The notes under the pieces are model-generated. The model was not told where the DNA came from. It ran no database searches and saw only the letters and a list, made by a program, of their open reading frames with translations. A stretch of 63,974 bases of DNA, filler included, from Octopus bimaculoides (taxonomy: Eukaryota): the NCBI RefSeq assembly GCF_001194135.2. It is 6 parts of 6 records of this genome, joined end to end, with 100 filler letters (N's around TTAATTAATTAA, not from the genome) between each part and the next. Parts side by side here need not be neighbours in the genome. Positions count along the whole stretch, not along the records: positions 1 to 26,468 come from NC_068986.1; 5 more parts are not named here. One strand, written 5' to 3'. A program made the position numbers and the translations under genes. Positions 11,036 to 25,684 of the stretch are shown here, one piece after another; position 1 is the first letter of the stretch; each line of letters starts with the position of its first letter.

Positions 11036-11789
11036 GATATTAAATGAAAATTCACTAAAATGTTACTATATTAATAGAAATAAAATAACTAAATTTGAAT
11101 ACTGGAAAATAGATAGTATATAAATATATATATTATATAGATTTCTCTTTTCAGGACCCTAAAAAAATAATATAAATTACATGAGGGGTATTGTAGTATT
11201 TGACCTGAAATTCTCCAAGACAACAGCTGACCACTGTTCTGCTGTCCTCAAACTTTTAAACGGTGGTTAATAGATGGTAGGGGTTCACTTTTATCAAATG
11301 CAGCTGTGCATCGTTAACCAGCTGGAGATGTCCTCTTGAGGTTAAAAACTCGTAGTAGAGTCCACTTGAACGGACAGCCATGCTAAAGTGGCTACGAATA
11401 TTACTTGTCAGTACAACTACTGTGTTGATCTCTTAGAGAGATTATAGAACTAGCATTTTTTATTGTTACACATAGAACAATTAAGCCTAAAGACGAAGAT
11501 GCTAATAGACACTCACTCGAACACTCTAAAAAGCGCATGTTGCTATCTCAGTCTGTAATGAATTCTCAATCTATTAGGATGTAAATGTAGTATGTTAATT
11601 TTGAACCTGAAGAGATTTCTGTCTTCTGCATTCATAATACAATTGTTAATTGTAAATTGAATGAAGGAGACATTGAAACGATCGTAAGACTTCCGTAGTC
11701 GACAGCTATATAAATAATTTGATTTGGCTGTATTGAGACTGACCATTTTCTTCTGCTATTATACAGCTACACATAGGTATGTATGTATG

Positions 11790-13585
11790 TATGTATTTAT
11801 GTATGTCATTATTCAGTTTATTTCAATATTTCTTGCCAATAAAGAGTCGGTTTCTAACCTCGATCCAAGGCTCTTTCATTGGAATTTCAACATCAACAAC
11901 AGGGTATTTTTGGTTGTATGTATGTATGTATGTAGGTAGGTAGGTAGGTAGGTAGGTAGGTAGGTAGATGAAGAGTTGTATGTTTTATGTATGTATTCTC
12001 ATGCATATTGATTGCATATTTAGACATGCTAATACATATTTAGAACTTCTGGGAAGTTCTACAGATTTTTATAGTTCCAGTGATGGATTGGATCTGTTGC
12101 CTTCGAATTAGCTTTGTCTTTTCTGCTTTTGAGAAGCCTAATTTCTCAAGATTGGTATTTAGGCAGTGCGTTCAAGTATAAACTTGAATTTGTAATCCGA
12201 ATAGAGTAACTGCAGATTTCTCAAATAGTTCAGCATGAGTGTTCTTTTTTTCACTGATCTTCAGCTTTATGTTAACATGCGCTGGGCTGTTAATTTTCAC
12301 AATTGTGCAGTTTGTCTTCTCTATCCCAAATCATTATATCAAGCCTGTTGTGCTTCCATTTTATTGAGGTCTTCACTGGGACATTCCACCAGTATTCCTT
12401 TTTTATTATGAGTGACTATGGTTTCTACCATATCGTCAGTTCTTATTTCTTTGTCCTCGTGATTATCCTTCCGACAGATTTCATTATAGAATGTCCTAGC
12501 TACAACGTCAAGTCTCATCGGTAGATAATACCGTGATGACATTTTCGGACAACTGCTTATGATGTGTGTGATATCTTCAGTTTGAACTACACAAAGTCTG
12601 CATCGGTTGTCACACTTTACAACTTTACTTGCATCGCTATCCCTTTTGTGCATCAGGTACTTGGTTGATAATTTCTGTTCCTGGATTGCAGACGGATACC
12701 CTTCAAAGTGAGAGGTAGTAATCCGGCTATTGGGCCATGATAAACTGCTTTGATGATCGATGTTACTATAATCATGGAGCTTTCTAGTAACATATCCATG
12801 CATAGTCTTCTGCTCATACAGGCTCCTTCTTTGATCTGATAATACGTTGCGGTAGAGTTGTGTGATCTCTTTGGACATGTATTCTAGGTTATCAGACAAA
12901 GAGTGTTGCTGAAAGAGCTACCTTCAAAGTCTTATGATGTTATCAACCTCATCAATGCAAAATTGGTCAAGGAATGCACTTCGTCACTTGGTGGTTAAAA
13001 GATGTTGCCGAAGGGATATGATGCAACATTCAAAGGCATTTTCGATTGATATTAAGCCTCTGCTACCTTGTTTTCGTTTTAGGTAGAGGCAGTCCACGTC
13101 ACTGTTTATGTGGAAATTATGTGCTTTTTAGTATTTTTCGGGTTTTCACATCAATGACTCGGATCTCATCAAGCGTCCAATAAAGCAGCCCAAATGTTGG
13201 TATGAGTACTGGCACTGCAAACACATAGTGGGCCACTGTTTTATTGAATGCAGAGATTTCTGAGGTTTCAATTTTCTTTATCCGTCTGTAATATTCTTCA
13301 GTGGCACATGCTTTGTTACAGATGCCACTGTAGGATATAGTTTCATCCACACATAGATACCTGTAACATTCCTCGTCAGATACAGGGGAAACAGTCAAAT
13401 CATTGATAGAGATGTTACTAATCTGCTTTATAGTTTCCCCCTTTTCAGACCTATATAATATTTACTCTGACCAAACTCCAACCCTACATCCTTTGAGAAT
13501 GATGTAAGGCTGTTTCTCATCTCATGCATATTCTTTGCATAAAGTTTTAAGTCATCCACAAAGAAAACGTGCGCAACTTTGGTAT
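11790..13585 (-). mobile_element. 5'-truncated R4/Dong-like (RLE) non-LTR retrotransposon pseudogene
   Basis: RT motif HVFFVDDLKLYAK (FVDD at 13551-13562); YRYLCVDE..EEYYRRIKKI; CCHC knuckle CRLCVVQTEDITHIISSC; RLE region KHNRLDIMIWD..LRNLQLLYSDYKF; 3' UTR 11790-12040. Both ends run into (TATG)n. Frameshifted. Confidence 0.88.
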
Positions 13586-13762
13586 TTCTGTATGTATGCA
13601 TGTATGTACGTGTGTATGTATGTATGTATGTATGTATGTATGTATGTATGTATGTATGTATGTGCGTATGCATATACATGCACATATGTGTGTATGTGTG
13701 TGTGTGTATATATATATATGTATGTATGAATGTATTATGTATGTATGTTTGCATGTATGTGT

Positions 13763-13985
13763 ATGTGTCTTTGTGTCTGTGTTTGTCCTCCACCACCGCT
13801 TGACAACCGGTGTTGGTGTGTTTATATCCTCATAACCTAGTAGTTTGGCTAAGAGACCGACAGAATAAATACTAGGCTGTAAAAATAAGTCCTGGGAAAG
13901 AGTTATTCGACTAAAATCCTTCAAGGCGATGCTCCAGCATGGCCACAGTCAAATGACTGAGGCAAGTGAAAAGATAAAAGATAAT
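13763..13985 (+). mobile_element. SINE family A, 3' half
   Basis: cgcttgacaaccggtgttggtgtg...gctccagcatggccacagtcaaatgactg. Confidence 0.85.
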
Positions 13986-14302
13986 AGAGACAAGTTAGGA
14001 AATGTTGATATGGTTATGGCTCAGATTAACTCAAGTATTCAAACAGTATTTAAGTTACAGACGTCGGATAAGTGAAAGGAAAGGCTAATCTAGTCAAGAA
14101 CTGAACTTAGTATGTAAAGAGAACTAAGCGAATACTGGAATATTCAGAATCTATAACACACCTGAAAATATTGGTATCAGTATTTTTATTTAATCTATTG
14201 AATAATAGAATGTAGTTCAATAAGTTCTTTCAGTTCCTATATTCAATCATATGCAACTACTTGACAGATATTGACCTTTTTTTACAACACGTTTTGCTCC
14301 AG

Positions 14303-14429
14303 GAAATATGAGGTATATAAAATGCTTTTAAAGCTCCAAATAGAAGTTATAAAAAATGATATTGACAGCGAGCAGAAGAGAAATAAAGAGATATATTTGC
14401 ATAGAAAGTGCTTTGATCTGATATCGTGA
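14303..14429 (+). CDS. Weak candidate exon of an unknown gene
   Basis: Acceptor gttttgctccag|G, then an open frame KYEVYKMLLKLQIEVIKNDIDSEQKRNKEIYLHRKCFDLIS*. No recognisable homology. Confidence 0.15.
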
Positions 14430-15419
14430 GCAGAAACTAAAGAAACTAAAGAAATTACTGTGTAGAAGATACAAGTTAGCCATTCAGACATACACGGAAA
14501 CCGCTAACTTCACTTAAACATTTATTTTCAATATGGTGTCAAAATTTTAGTCGCTCGAAACTGGGAACTGCTCGCTAACAAATGAAAAGTTAGAAAGAGA
14601 AAGAAAAAAAAATTATTCGTGTGAGCACGACAGCTTAATAAACCATCACGTTATCATCATTCTTTTCTGTATTGCTTTAGCTGGGTTTCTAGTTAGACAA
14701 TTGATATGATTATTTTTTCTTTTGTCTGCTTCAAGACGACGGCTGGAGAAATAACATTTGGAAAAGGCACTGGGGAAGGGAAGATTGGATGTAGCAGTTA
14801 ATAAGAAAACTGTTGAGGTGGAAGCAATTTTGATGATGAGAAGGAAGGAGATGAGTCAAAGTGTTTGTGTGTTGTCAGCCCCAAACTAGTTAGCTCGAAG
14901 AATTGAGTCCATTGTAATTGCGATAGAAAAGACAAGAAGGTAGTCCTCTCTGTGTGCCAGGCGTGATCGTACATTTGCGAGTGAATATATGTTTATAAGT
15001 GGTGAGGCATTTTGTGAGTGGAGGATATTGTCTCTTATTGCAGTAACACTATCCCAGATGTTAATGCATTATTAAAATGTGGAATTCATTTGAGATATGA
15101 CGAAAGTAAACACTTGTGGTATTATTTTCTGACGCCCGAAAAGATGAAATCATTACACTGGTAAGCATATATATCCGCCAGGAGAAAATCAGGGTGTTTT
15201 TGAGGACTGCCATTTAAACTGATTGATGGGTCTTAATTATATTATCATAATTAGTATATTATTTGCGTTTGAGTATGCAATAAACTCTTCGTGATATTTG
15301 AGGCGATTCTGTCCTTTAACTGTTGATGGAAACAAGATTGGTGTAATTATAATGACCGACACAAATTATCATTCTGCGGCATTAGATCGGATTTGAAGGA
15401 CGCGCGTATGTATGCATAT

Positions 15420-15528
15420 CTTTATTTAGTTTTATTTCCAGATTTCATGCCAATAAAGGAAAAGCCGGTTTCTAACTTAGATCCAACACTCACTTCATTT
15501 CAATTTCAACAGCATCAACAAGGTACTG
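15420..15528 (-). mobile_element. Solo 3'-UTR fragment of the 11790 R4-like family
   Basis: gccaataaagg..ccggtttctaacttagatccaa..aatttcaacagcatcaacaagg aligns with 11830-11905. Abuts (TATG)n. Confidence 0.75.
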
Positions 15529-15540
15529 TATGTATGTATG

Positions 15541-15574
<34 letters not shown>

Positions 15575-15725
15575 TTTATGTATGTGTGTATGTATGTATG
15601 TATGAAGGTAGGTAGGTAGGTATGTATGTGTGTATGTATGTATGTATGTATGTAGGTAGGTAGGTATGTATGTGTGTATGTATGTATGTATGTATATATG
15701 TATGTATGTATGTTTGCATATATAT
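15528..15725. repeat. (TATG)n/(TAGG)n microsatellite
   Basis: Direct observation. Confidence 0.95.
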
Positions 15726-18192
15726 ATATGTGGTGGCAGCTGATGAAGGGGATGTTTCTATGTGGCCTACTTGCTTGTTGCACCTTGTTTACCATTTTGT
15801 CCTTGTTCTTTTGCCACGTCATGTACTCAGTTATGTATCTATATGTACATGTAGATGAACGTATATACATACATGTACATATATATGCATATACTCATAT
15901 ATTGTATGCATGTATACGTGCGGATTTGTATGTTTTGTTATAGTTATGTATTACCAAGTATATTGTTACATATCTAGACATACTCATATACACTTTTGCA
16001 TGTATGTATGTATGTATGTATGTATGTATATATGTATGTATGTGTGTGTTTNNNNNNNNNNNNNNNNNNNNNNNNNNNNNNNNNNNNNNNNNNNNNNNNN
16101 NNNNNNNNNNNNNNNNNNNNNNNNNNNNNNNNNNNNNNNNNNNNNNNNNNNNNNNNNNNNNNNNNNNNNNNNNNNNNNNNNNNNNNNNNNNNNNNNNNNN
16201 NNNNNNNNNNNNNNNNNNNNNNNNNNNNNNNNNNNNNNNNNNNNNNNNNNNNNNNNNNNNNNNNNNNNNNNNNNNNNNNNNNNNNNNNNNNNNNNNNNNN
16301 NNNNNNNNNNNNNNNNNNNNNNNNNNNNNNNNNNNNNNNNNNNNNNNNNNNNNNNNNNNNNNNNNNNNNNNNNNNNNNNNNNNNNNNNNNNNNNNNNNNN
16401 NNNNNNNNNNNNNNNNNNNNNNNNNNNNNNNNNNNNNNNNNNNNNNNNNNNNNNNNNNNNNNNNNNNNNNNNNNNNNNNNNNNNNNNNNNNNNNNNNNNN
16501 NNNNNNNNNNNNNNNNNNNNNNNNNNNNNNNNNNNNNNNNNNNNNNNNNGAAGGGGATGTTTCTATGTGGCCTGCTTGTTTGTTGCACCTTGTTTACCAT
16601 TTTGTCCTTGTTCTTTTGCCACGTCATGTACCAAGTTATGTATCTATATGTACATGTAGATGAACGTATATACATACATGTACATATATATGCATATACT
16701 CATATATTGTATGCATGTATACGTGCGGATTTGTATGTTTTGTTATAGTTATGTATTACCAAGTATATTGTTACATATCTAGACATACTCATATACACTT
16801 TTGCATGTATGTATGTATGTATGTATGTATGTATATATGTATGTATGTGTGTGTTTGTATGTATGTATGTGTGTGTGTATAGGGCATTATTCCTCATCAC
16901 TGTAGTCGCTCATCATGTTCAATCACTCAGCAGAGTATTTTGTCTTTCTTTTTAACATGCTGTATGAAAAGACGTTGCTACTCGTTACTGTAATTAGTCT
17001 TCATCTCTTGGATGCAGTCGCACTGAAGCTCTAAACACCTTTTACATCGTAACATAGACGATGCTGAGTGAAGGATACGATTTCGATAGAGACAGTTCTT
17101 TCTTCGAAACGTAAAGTTGGACCACGCCTGGATTTGAAATCAGTCACCAAAGTGCCGAAAAAAATCATTGTAAGCCGAAATAACCTTTGCCTGGTGTTTT
17201 CTAAGAATTCTGACGTTGTATGTATATGTTCGCACGCGTGTATATTATATGTAAGCGTGTGTGTGTGGGGGGGGGGGATTTGTGTGTGTGTCTATTTTTG
17301 CGTGTTCGCGCGTGCGTAGACATACTCGAATGTATGAAGATACGGTGTTGTGAACTGACAATATATTATATATATATATATAACATATTAACTTTGTAAT
17401 ATGTATATTTATTATACGTATTACATGTAATATATATACATACATACATATATACACGCACACATACATATATACACGCACACATACATACATACATACA
17501 TACATACATACATACATACATACATACATACATACATAGTACATACATACATACAGAAAAGTGTATACAATGGGTCCGACAGTATAATAATATTTCAGAA
17601 ATCATTGTGCATATCACCATATACACGCGGAAATTACATGGACATAAAAGTGCCAAGAGTCTGATATATATGCAGAGTCCATTGTGTGTAATGTTTATTG
17701 TATTCAATAACGAAGATTACAAATGCATTCATAGTTTCCGAGCAGCAAATTTTGTTCGGTCGACTGTACTTATAAATAGACAGAAAGGTAATCCGGGATT
17801 TCTCCGAAACATACAGATGAATAGCTTTGGCCAAACATGGATGGCTTGCACGAAAGATTTTTGCTTTCCTTATAGGTTTATATTCTTATACGCATACGCC
17901 ACACTCTTATGCAGAAACACATATATAATAGAAGTTAGTGAGTTTGTAATGTAAAATATAAGCATATATAAAGTATTATATATGCATCTGCTATATATAC
18001 AGACATTATAATGTGCGTAGGTTTTCTATGCATAAATTTATTTATATCAATGTATATCATATGTTGTGAAAGATAACAAAATACACGTGCGCTCACAAAA
18101 ATTCATGCAAGCACGCATATACTCTTCATATCGCAAACACACGCACGCACACACATGAACGTATGCGCATACGCACCCCCACACACTCATAC

Positions 18193-18227
<35 letters not shown>

Positions 18228-18291
18228 CATATATATATACGTTTATATATATGCATATGTATCGTATTTGTATATGTATACATGTGTATGC

Positions 18292-18326
<35 letters not shown>

Positions 18327-20242
18327 CGCATACATACATACATACATACATATGTATATACACTTTTATCTTCTTAATAGCTAGTGTACCTCAATATGTA
18401 TGTGTGTATGTGTGTGCATATTTGTGTGCGTGCATGATTGTGTGTGTGTGAATGTGTGTATGCGTGTGCGTGTGTGTTCTACGCAATGATGCAGAGAGAG
18501 AGAGAGACTCAGATGTGTGTCTGGATGGGTAGTAAATGCAGTTGCAGATGGAAATCACTCAAATATAGAGTTGTGGGAATTATTTTAATGGAAGAATGTA
18601 AGTATGCAACATATTAACTTCGGTTAACTGATTGAAAGTAATTTCGTTTCGTATAGGGAAGCATATTCACGTTACATGTCACAATTACACACTTATACAC
18701 ATTGTACTATATTTATATATATATATAAATTTTGGTTGATAAATAACATTATCGATGTATATAATGTAAGATACTCGATACTAAATGTGCATTAATATAT
18801 GTATATTTATAAAGCAACGCGATCACAATACTGAGTCGCAAGAATTTTCGCATTGATGCGTTCATATCCCACCGTGGTTTGAAATATTATGAAATATAAT
18901 TATTCCGCATGTATTAACACGCCTACTTCCATTGAGATACCTACCTCCTACTTAGTTGTCGTAAGTTATTCATCCTGGGCTGCATTACCTTTCATGTTGA
19001 AAAATATACATATATTATTTCGTTAGAAATCAAAAGTTTATTAAGTAAAATTACAGCGGTCAATATAGAAGCAATGAGAAAGGAAACAAAATTATAGCTG
19101 CTGAAGAAGGGAAAATCGAACAGGAAGAAATTTTTAATGTCAGTGCATTTATATAGTTTTAGTCCAATGAGGCGGTTGATTCTTTGTTCAGTAAGAGATG
19201 CTTTGTGACATATCTGCATTTCCCAAGGAACTCTGATCCTCTGGTTTACTGCTTAAACATTGTTCTTGATTGCATGAGCTTATTGTATTTTACTTCCCTT
19301 GTCTCTGAATAACTATATCTTTAGCATCCGTTTTTGTAGTATTTAAATCTTTGGATTATTTTGAATTCAATATGTAATCTACTAATATTTTAATGCTTCC
19401 TTTCCCTGTATGTCAAGAAAAGACGATATATTATACGGTAAAATTTGCTTCCAATTCCCATCTGCCATATCTATGACCTTACCATATATTTTTCATTTTA
19501 GTTTCTGATTCAACTAATATATTTTCTGCAGGTTCAGTCTTTTAAAAGATGTTGTATATTACTTGACTGAATTGTTGCTCTGTTGAAAATAGAAATGTTC
19601 TAGCTCTGTTAGATTTAACATTAAATGAAACGGTCTATATGACACTTAGGATGTGACAGCGCACCTTGTGTCAATAGAGGGAGTAATATAAGTGAATAAG
19701 CAGTATATATATATATATATATATATATATATNNNNNNNNNNNNNNNNNNNNNNNNNNNNNNNNNNNNNNNNNNNNNNNNNNNNNNNNNNNNNNNNNNNN
19801 NNNNNNNNNNNNNNNNNNNNNNNNNNNNNNNNNNNNNNNNNNNNNNNNNNNNNNNNNNNNNNNNNNNNNNNNNNNNNNNNNNNNNNNNNNNNNNNNNNNN
19901 NNNNNNNNNNNNNNNNNNNNNNNNNNNNNNNNNNNNNNNNNNNNNNNNNNNNNNNNNNNNNNNNNNNNNNNNNNNNNNNNNNNNNNNNNNNNNNNNNNNN
20001 NNNNNNNNNNNNNNNNNNNNNNNNNNNNNNNNNNNNNNNNNNNNNNNNNNNNNNNNNNNNNNNNNNNNNNNNNNNNNNNNNNNNNNNNNNNNNNNNNNNN
20101 NNNNNNNNNNNNNNNNNNNNNNNNNTGCGTGTGTGTGTGTGTGTGCGTGTGTGTGTGTGTGTGCGTGTGTGTGTGTGTGTTTGTTTGTGTGTGTGTGTCT
20201 GTATGTATGTATATATATATATATAGATATATAGCTAGATAG

Positions 20243-20274
<32 letters not shown>

Positions 20275-20693
20275 TGTGTGAAGAGAGGAGGAGATGGATG
20301 GAGGAATACATAAATGTAACTATGTTTTTTATCTATCTGTATGGTACATCGGCATATATTTGCGGATGTCTTTCATGATAGGAAAATAAATAGATTTTCT
20401 ATTAATAAAAGCTAAAAGAACCGATTTTGCTAAATATCTCCTACTAACATAGAGGGCCGTCTGAAGAAAAGAATCAAAATTTGATTATATTTGAAATGTA
20501 CGAAACCTATGTCACAGCTTAATATCATTTCTTCCCTGTATATGTTGTATTATATCGGTTAGAGTAGAGTATGCACACATGCATTCGAACCCCTATCTCC
20601 ACACACAGACATGTATATATATATGTGTTCATGCATGTATGCATAATCTACTCTATATATACACATATATACATACATACATATATATATCTA

Positions 20694-20751
<58 letters not shown>

Positions 20752-21848
20752 CAGGTATCTGTCATACGATGACGGTATCTATTACATTAGTGATGTTGTA
20801 AGCAAGGGAATTTTTGAAATCTAACACACATGACCTTTCTGCTGCGAAAGCAACTGACAATATTATCACAACCTCGTATCACATAATGACAGAACAAATT
20901 CACAACCCATTAGTAGCATACTCCCACTTTGTCTAATACAGTTCTATATCACACTGTGAAATCTGATGTTTAAGGCACGAAAAATACTTTCGTAACACGA
21001 CTATGACTTTCATCATTTTAAAACCTTGATGAGCTGTTTTGGTTTTCTTTTTAATATGTTATATAATCTACATAAGCCATTTACAATAACAATATATCAA
21101 ACAAAAGTGAACACACGCTCCGAAATGAATCAAATTGCTTACTCGACATTCATGAAGTGCTATCGTAAATATTCATAAATGCACACAAATATGTTTCATT
21201 TGATTTATGCTCACTACCTCCACAAGTTACATTAAAGCTAATTACTATTCATATTTTTTTTCTCTCTAAGCCATAACCTTTGAGTTCTAACGATACGGTA
21301 CTGGTGGCGGAGTGAGTGCGAAGTTACTTGTGATCTTCATGCGATACTGTGGGTGTAATAGAGTTAGTTTATCTAGTAAAACGTTTACTTGTGATAATTT
21401 AATAGAAAAATTTGTTCAGATAGTTCAAACAGTAGAATAAATTCAATAATTTTATGCTGAAGGGTGGTTGTTTGAACTATTTGATTACTCTTTACTGACG
21501 CACGAAATGACTAGTTTTCTGGAATTCTACTGTGTTGCTATAGCAATTGCTAAGAGTTTCTTAAGTATAATCGGTAACATTGTTTACTTGATTTAAGACC
21601 CACACACTGTTCGATTCTTTTTTTTTTTACTTTAATTTTTTATTAATTTATTGGATGCGTTCGTAAATGGTTTAACACTTTAATTGTTTGTGTTGTAGAT
21701 AATTGCTATATACGTGTATAATAGTTCTCATGTGCGAATGTGCGCGTGTGCGTTTGCGTGTAATGATGTATGTAAATATTTGTATATATTTATATATACA
21801 TTTCTGTATATAACTATGTAACCACATGGTAATATATACGTAATTTAG

Positions 21849-21962
21849 GGCGGCGAGCTGGCAGAATCGTTAGCACGCCGGGCAAGATGATTAACGGCAT
21901 TTCGTGTCTTCACGTTCTTAGTTCAAATTCTACCGAGTTGGAATGCAGGCTAAAACGAGTAC
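21849..21962 (+). mobile_element. SINE family B head (tRNA-like A/B boxes)
   Basis: ggcggcgagctggcagaatcgttagcacgccggg...tagttcaaattc. Confidence 0.8.
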
Positions 21963-23129
21963 TGAAGAGATTGGATGTAAATTCTAATGATGCACACAAA
22001 TAACCTACTTCAAACTAAACAATATATGAATTATACCCATATTCCCGTTATGTTCATGCAGCCATACGTATGTTTCTTCATTTCCCAATCCATCAGTTAC
22101 TTTTTATACGAAACAGTCTCAACACAATAGCTGCCACTTAATATAACTTCGAAGTATATAAGATCTTTTCAGTTCATAAATGTATTTTCAGATTCGACTT
22201 GATCGATGAGTCTTGTATCGTTTCTCACACATTTAGTCATTATCACACTTTTACAAACTAAACCTTAGTTTAAACCTCTCACTCAGAGATAGTCTTACTT
22301 TTCAAGTTATAAAAATAATTACAGTATTTTGCAGATGAGTAGATTCATTCGAATTTTCACAATGGCTGTGACAAAATATGTAACAACCTCTAATTACCCA
22401 ACTGTAGAGATGACTACATACATGACCAAGACCTCAGTTATGTCGATCATGCATCAGCCAAATGGTGGAATTCGTTTGGCTACAAATGTCAATTGAAACT
22501 AAATTGTAATGTTGCCTTTCTACAAAGTTTACTGTTCCGAACATCTTTCATTCTTTCACAAAACAATATTTTAGATGATATAGAAATTGGGATTATAAGA
22601 ATTCGTAACGTTCAAGGCATTAATCACGTAATTGTGCAGTGAATTAGTTAAAGCTGTGAACTGAAATGGAATTTTAATTGACATTACTAACATTCAACCG
22701 GATAAATATTTTCCCGGGTAGGAAGAAAACGTCTTTTATGTGTTCATGTTTAAATGTCCATATGAGGCAAAACTGAGGTGTATGATATCCATGCATTAGT
22801 TGTTATTGTTTTTCCTGTTGTTGTTGCATAGTCAATGTTCAACCCTCATGATCAAGCAAACCTTTGGGAACAGACAATTCAATAATGAACTTTAAGTCTT
22901 TTTAATATGAATTGAGTGAGATGGAGTAGCTAATGTTTAAAGTATTGCACTCACGACCGCAAGATTGTGGTTTCGATTTCCGGACCGGGTTGTTCATCGT
23001 ATTCTTATGTAAATTACTTCATTTTAAGCTCTTCTGCAATCATTTCGACATCTAGAGTATGGTACACCCTATGCGTGTCAAGCAATGCCGATTTAATGGA
23101 GAAAGTGAACTCATGTACAGCGCAAACCT

Positions 23130-23330
23130 TTGATCGCTTTAAGCAAATCATCAGTGCAGGTTCCTCCGCAAGAAATTGTGGAAATCTTATTTCTCGTTTA
23201 CGACAGGAGAGTTCGCCAAACTATATTATTTAAGATAATTTTTCGTTATAAGTTGGTGCGATGTTATTTGAGGGAGCTTGCTCATACCTTAGTGAAGGAC
23301 TTTGGTGGCATAAAGAAAAATAATGACTTT
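23130..23330 (+). mobile_element. Possible very old mariner transposase relic
   Basis: YDRRV...IIFRYK(V)GA..LRELAH loosely resembles DRRVT...GYRKVCARWVPRELT. Confidence 0.3.
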
Positions 23331-23913
23331 TATAATGAATCGAAAGCGAGTCGCAGACTTTGGATCACTACACGCTTAGTTCTTAGTTCTTGTTCATTGG
23401 TGCGCACTACTTTACACACAACAATACATTTCGATCATTCTAGAACTGCTCCAAGATAAGCAGTCAACTTCGTCCTGTCGTTCCTAACGATTTTCCCAAG
23501 TTACATGAATTAATATATTTACAGAGATCTGACACAAAAAACAAGAATCTACAATTTCCTATTCCCTTTCACTAACATATGGTAATTCTCATAGACTTCT
23601 CTGCCTCAGGAACCATCTTTGTTTAATCGTTTTATTGAGCGACACATTTGTTATTAAGTTTTTTTTTTCTTACCTCCAGTAAAAAAGTTCACTTCAAATA
23701 AAACAAAACTTCTTCCATTGACAAAAATAAAAATAACAGTATTCCCCAGAACACCGTCTATTAAATTTTCGCTACCGACAGTTAATATAACTACAATGTA
23801 CTGGACGAGGCGACGTTCATGTGTGTGTATAGAGCAACACATGTGTGAGCATCTAAGTATGTATCTGCACACGTGTGTACGTGCTCCGTGTGTGTGTGTG
23901 TGTGTGTGTGTGG

Positions 23914-23950
<37 letters not shown>

Positions 23951-25464
23951 TTTGTGAATTTGTTACTGAAGATGGTGTAAAATGGAAGATGTTCGACCAA
24001 ATTGGGAGGAACATGGCTGGCTATGATATATAAGAAACTATGGTAGTTTGTAATGAAGCATAGGGTGCTGGGAAACAATGACATGATGACAAGAATAAAA
24101 TGGAGTGAATATATAATAAAAGTATAATGGACAAAATGGATGAGCGGCTCTAATGCAATAGGTGACTATAATGCACTAATAGGATAACAATACAATAAAT
24201 CTAAGTTAGTGAAATATATGAAAATCGAGCAGAGGTTGGAAAAGAGAGAGAAATAATTGGTTGAAGATACTACAATAATTATTGATTTCTCATTTATTCA
24301 TAAGTTTCGCCGACAGAATGCCGACAGAGTGCCGAGTTATGAAACTAAGCGATGGCAAGTCGTGTATAACGCTTAAGGGGATAAAACATTTTCTCCTCAC
24401 TCTGTACCTCAATGCACATGGTTTTATATAGCTAGCACATTTATTCCCTAACGTTGTTTTCTTTCGTTTGCAGAGACCATAATTGTAGAGTACATTAAGT
24501 GAATATAGTCCACCTTAGGTCCTTATTTTATGCGCTCCAGAGTAATAAAAGAAAAAAAAAAACAACTCGATTTCTAGAAAGAATAACAGTCAAAATTATA
24601 TAACCGACTAAACTTAGTTCTACAGTTTCTGTTAATCGTAATTTATATTTAAATATCTTGATTTTATTTTTATTTAGCACAACCTCATATTTCACAATAA
24701 CGGCGTAGAGCTCATTAAACTTAGAATGTATACATTATTGTTATATAGTCCGCGATCAACATTGATGGAGCAAACATGTGACGAAAGATGTCTCAGCTAA
24801 GATTATGTCATATATTTTAATATTGTGGACAACATTTTGCTTCATATCCTCTATCTTGAATTTATTAACACTAACGTAATTAATTGTATCAAGTTGAAAG
24901 GAAATGCTTCTTCTATGACAAAATAGGAATATACCAAACGTTCCCTTTGGTAGTTTCATTTGTTCTAAGTTCCGAAAACAAAACCGAACTCAGTGCTACA
25001 AGATAATTAGACTCGTAAATTCAAAGTAGCTTAGCACCTAGCAGCTGCAGGGAAGAGTAACTATATATGCATGTCTGTGTATATATACACACACACAAAC
25101 ACACACCCTCATGCACACACACACACAGACATTTATTTAGTATACTGTGTGTATGCGCGCGCGTCTGTGTGTATCTGTATTCGTGTTTTTTTACATCAAG
25201 ATGTAATTTGTGTGAGTGTAATATACACATAAACGAATTTATTACAAACACTCATACACTCTCAGATGCTCATAAAAACACTAGTGTCTAGATAGGAATT
25301 TTTTGACATTATATGATGATTACTTTTATTGGTCTTCAGCGAATTTATGTGAGAGTCAGTAAGCCTCAGTGAGAGTCAGTGAGACTCAGTGAGACACAGT
25401 GAAAATTTTTCGAAAGCATTGTGTTCTTTAATAAATTTCGTCTTTAACAATATCTATTATCAAG

Positions 25465-25672
25465 ACGGCGAGCAGGCTGAAACGTTAGCACGCCGGGCGA
25501 AATGCTTAGCGATATTTCGTCTGTCTTTAGTTCTGATTTCGAATTCCGCCGATGTCGGCTTTACCTTTCATCCTTTCGGGGTCGATAAATTAGGTACCAG
25601 TTGTGTATTAGGGTCGATCTAATCGACTGGCCCCTCCCCAAAATTTAGGGCCTTGTGCCTAGAGTAGAAAAG
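25465..25672 (+). mobile_element. SINE family B, full copy with 12-bp TSD
   Basis: A/B boxes and central gcctttcatcctttcggggtcgataaa-type domain (here ctttacctttcatcctttcggggtcgataaattaggtacc). TSD aatatctattat at 25449-25460 and 25673-25684. Confidence 0.9.
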
Positions 25673-25684
25673 AATATCTATTAT

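Noticed and set aside
15730-16860. ~300-bp direct repeat on both sides of the 16032-16549 gap
   Set aside because: Near-identical contig ends flanking a gap, most likely unmerged haplotypes or overlap. The same applies to 36913/37198.
21849-21930. tRNA-like A/B boxes in SINE heads
   Set aside because: No complete cloverleaf, and they continue into SINE bodies, so they are not tRNA genes.
24300-24350. ttcataa...ttatgaa hairpin with an internal 11-bp repeat
   Set aside because: The stem is short, and the pattern is explained by a small tandem duplication.
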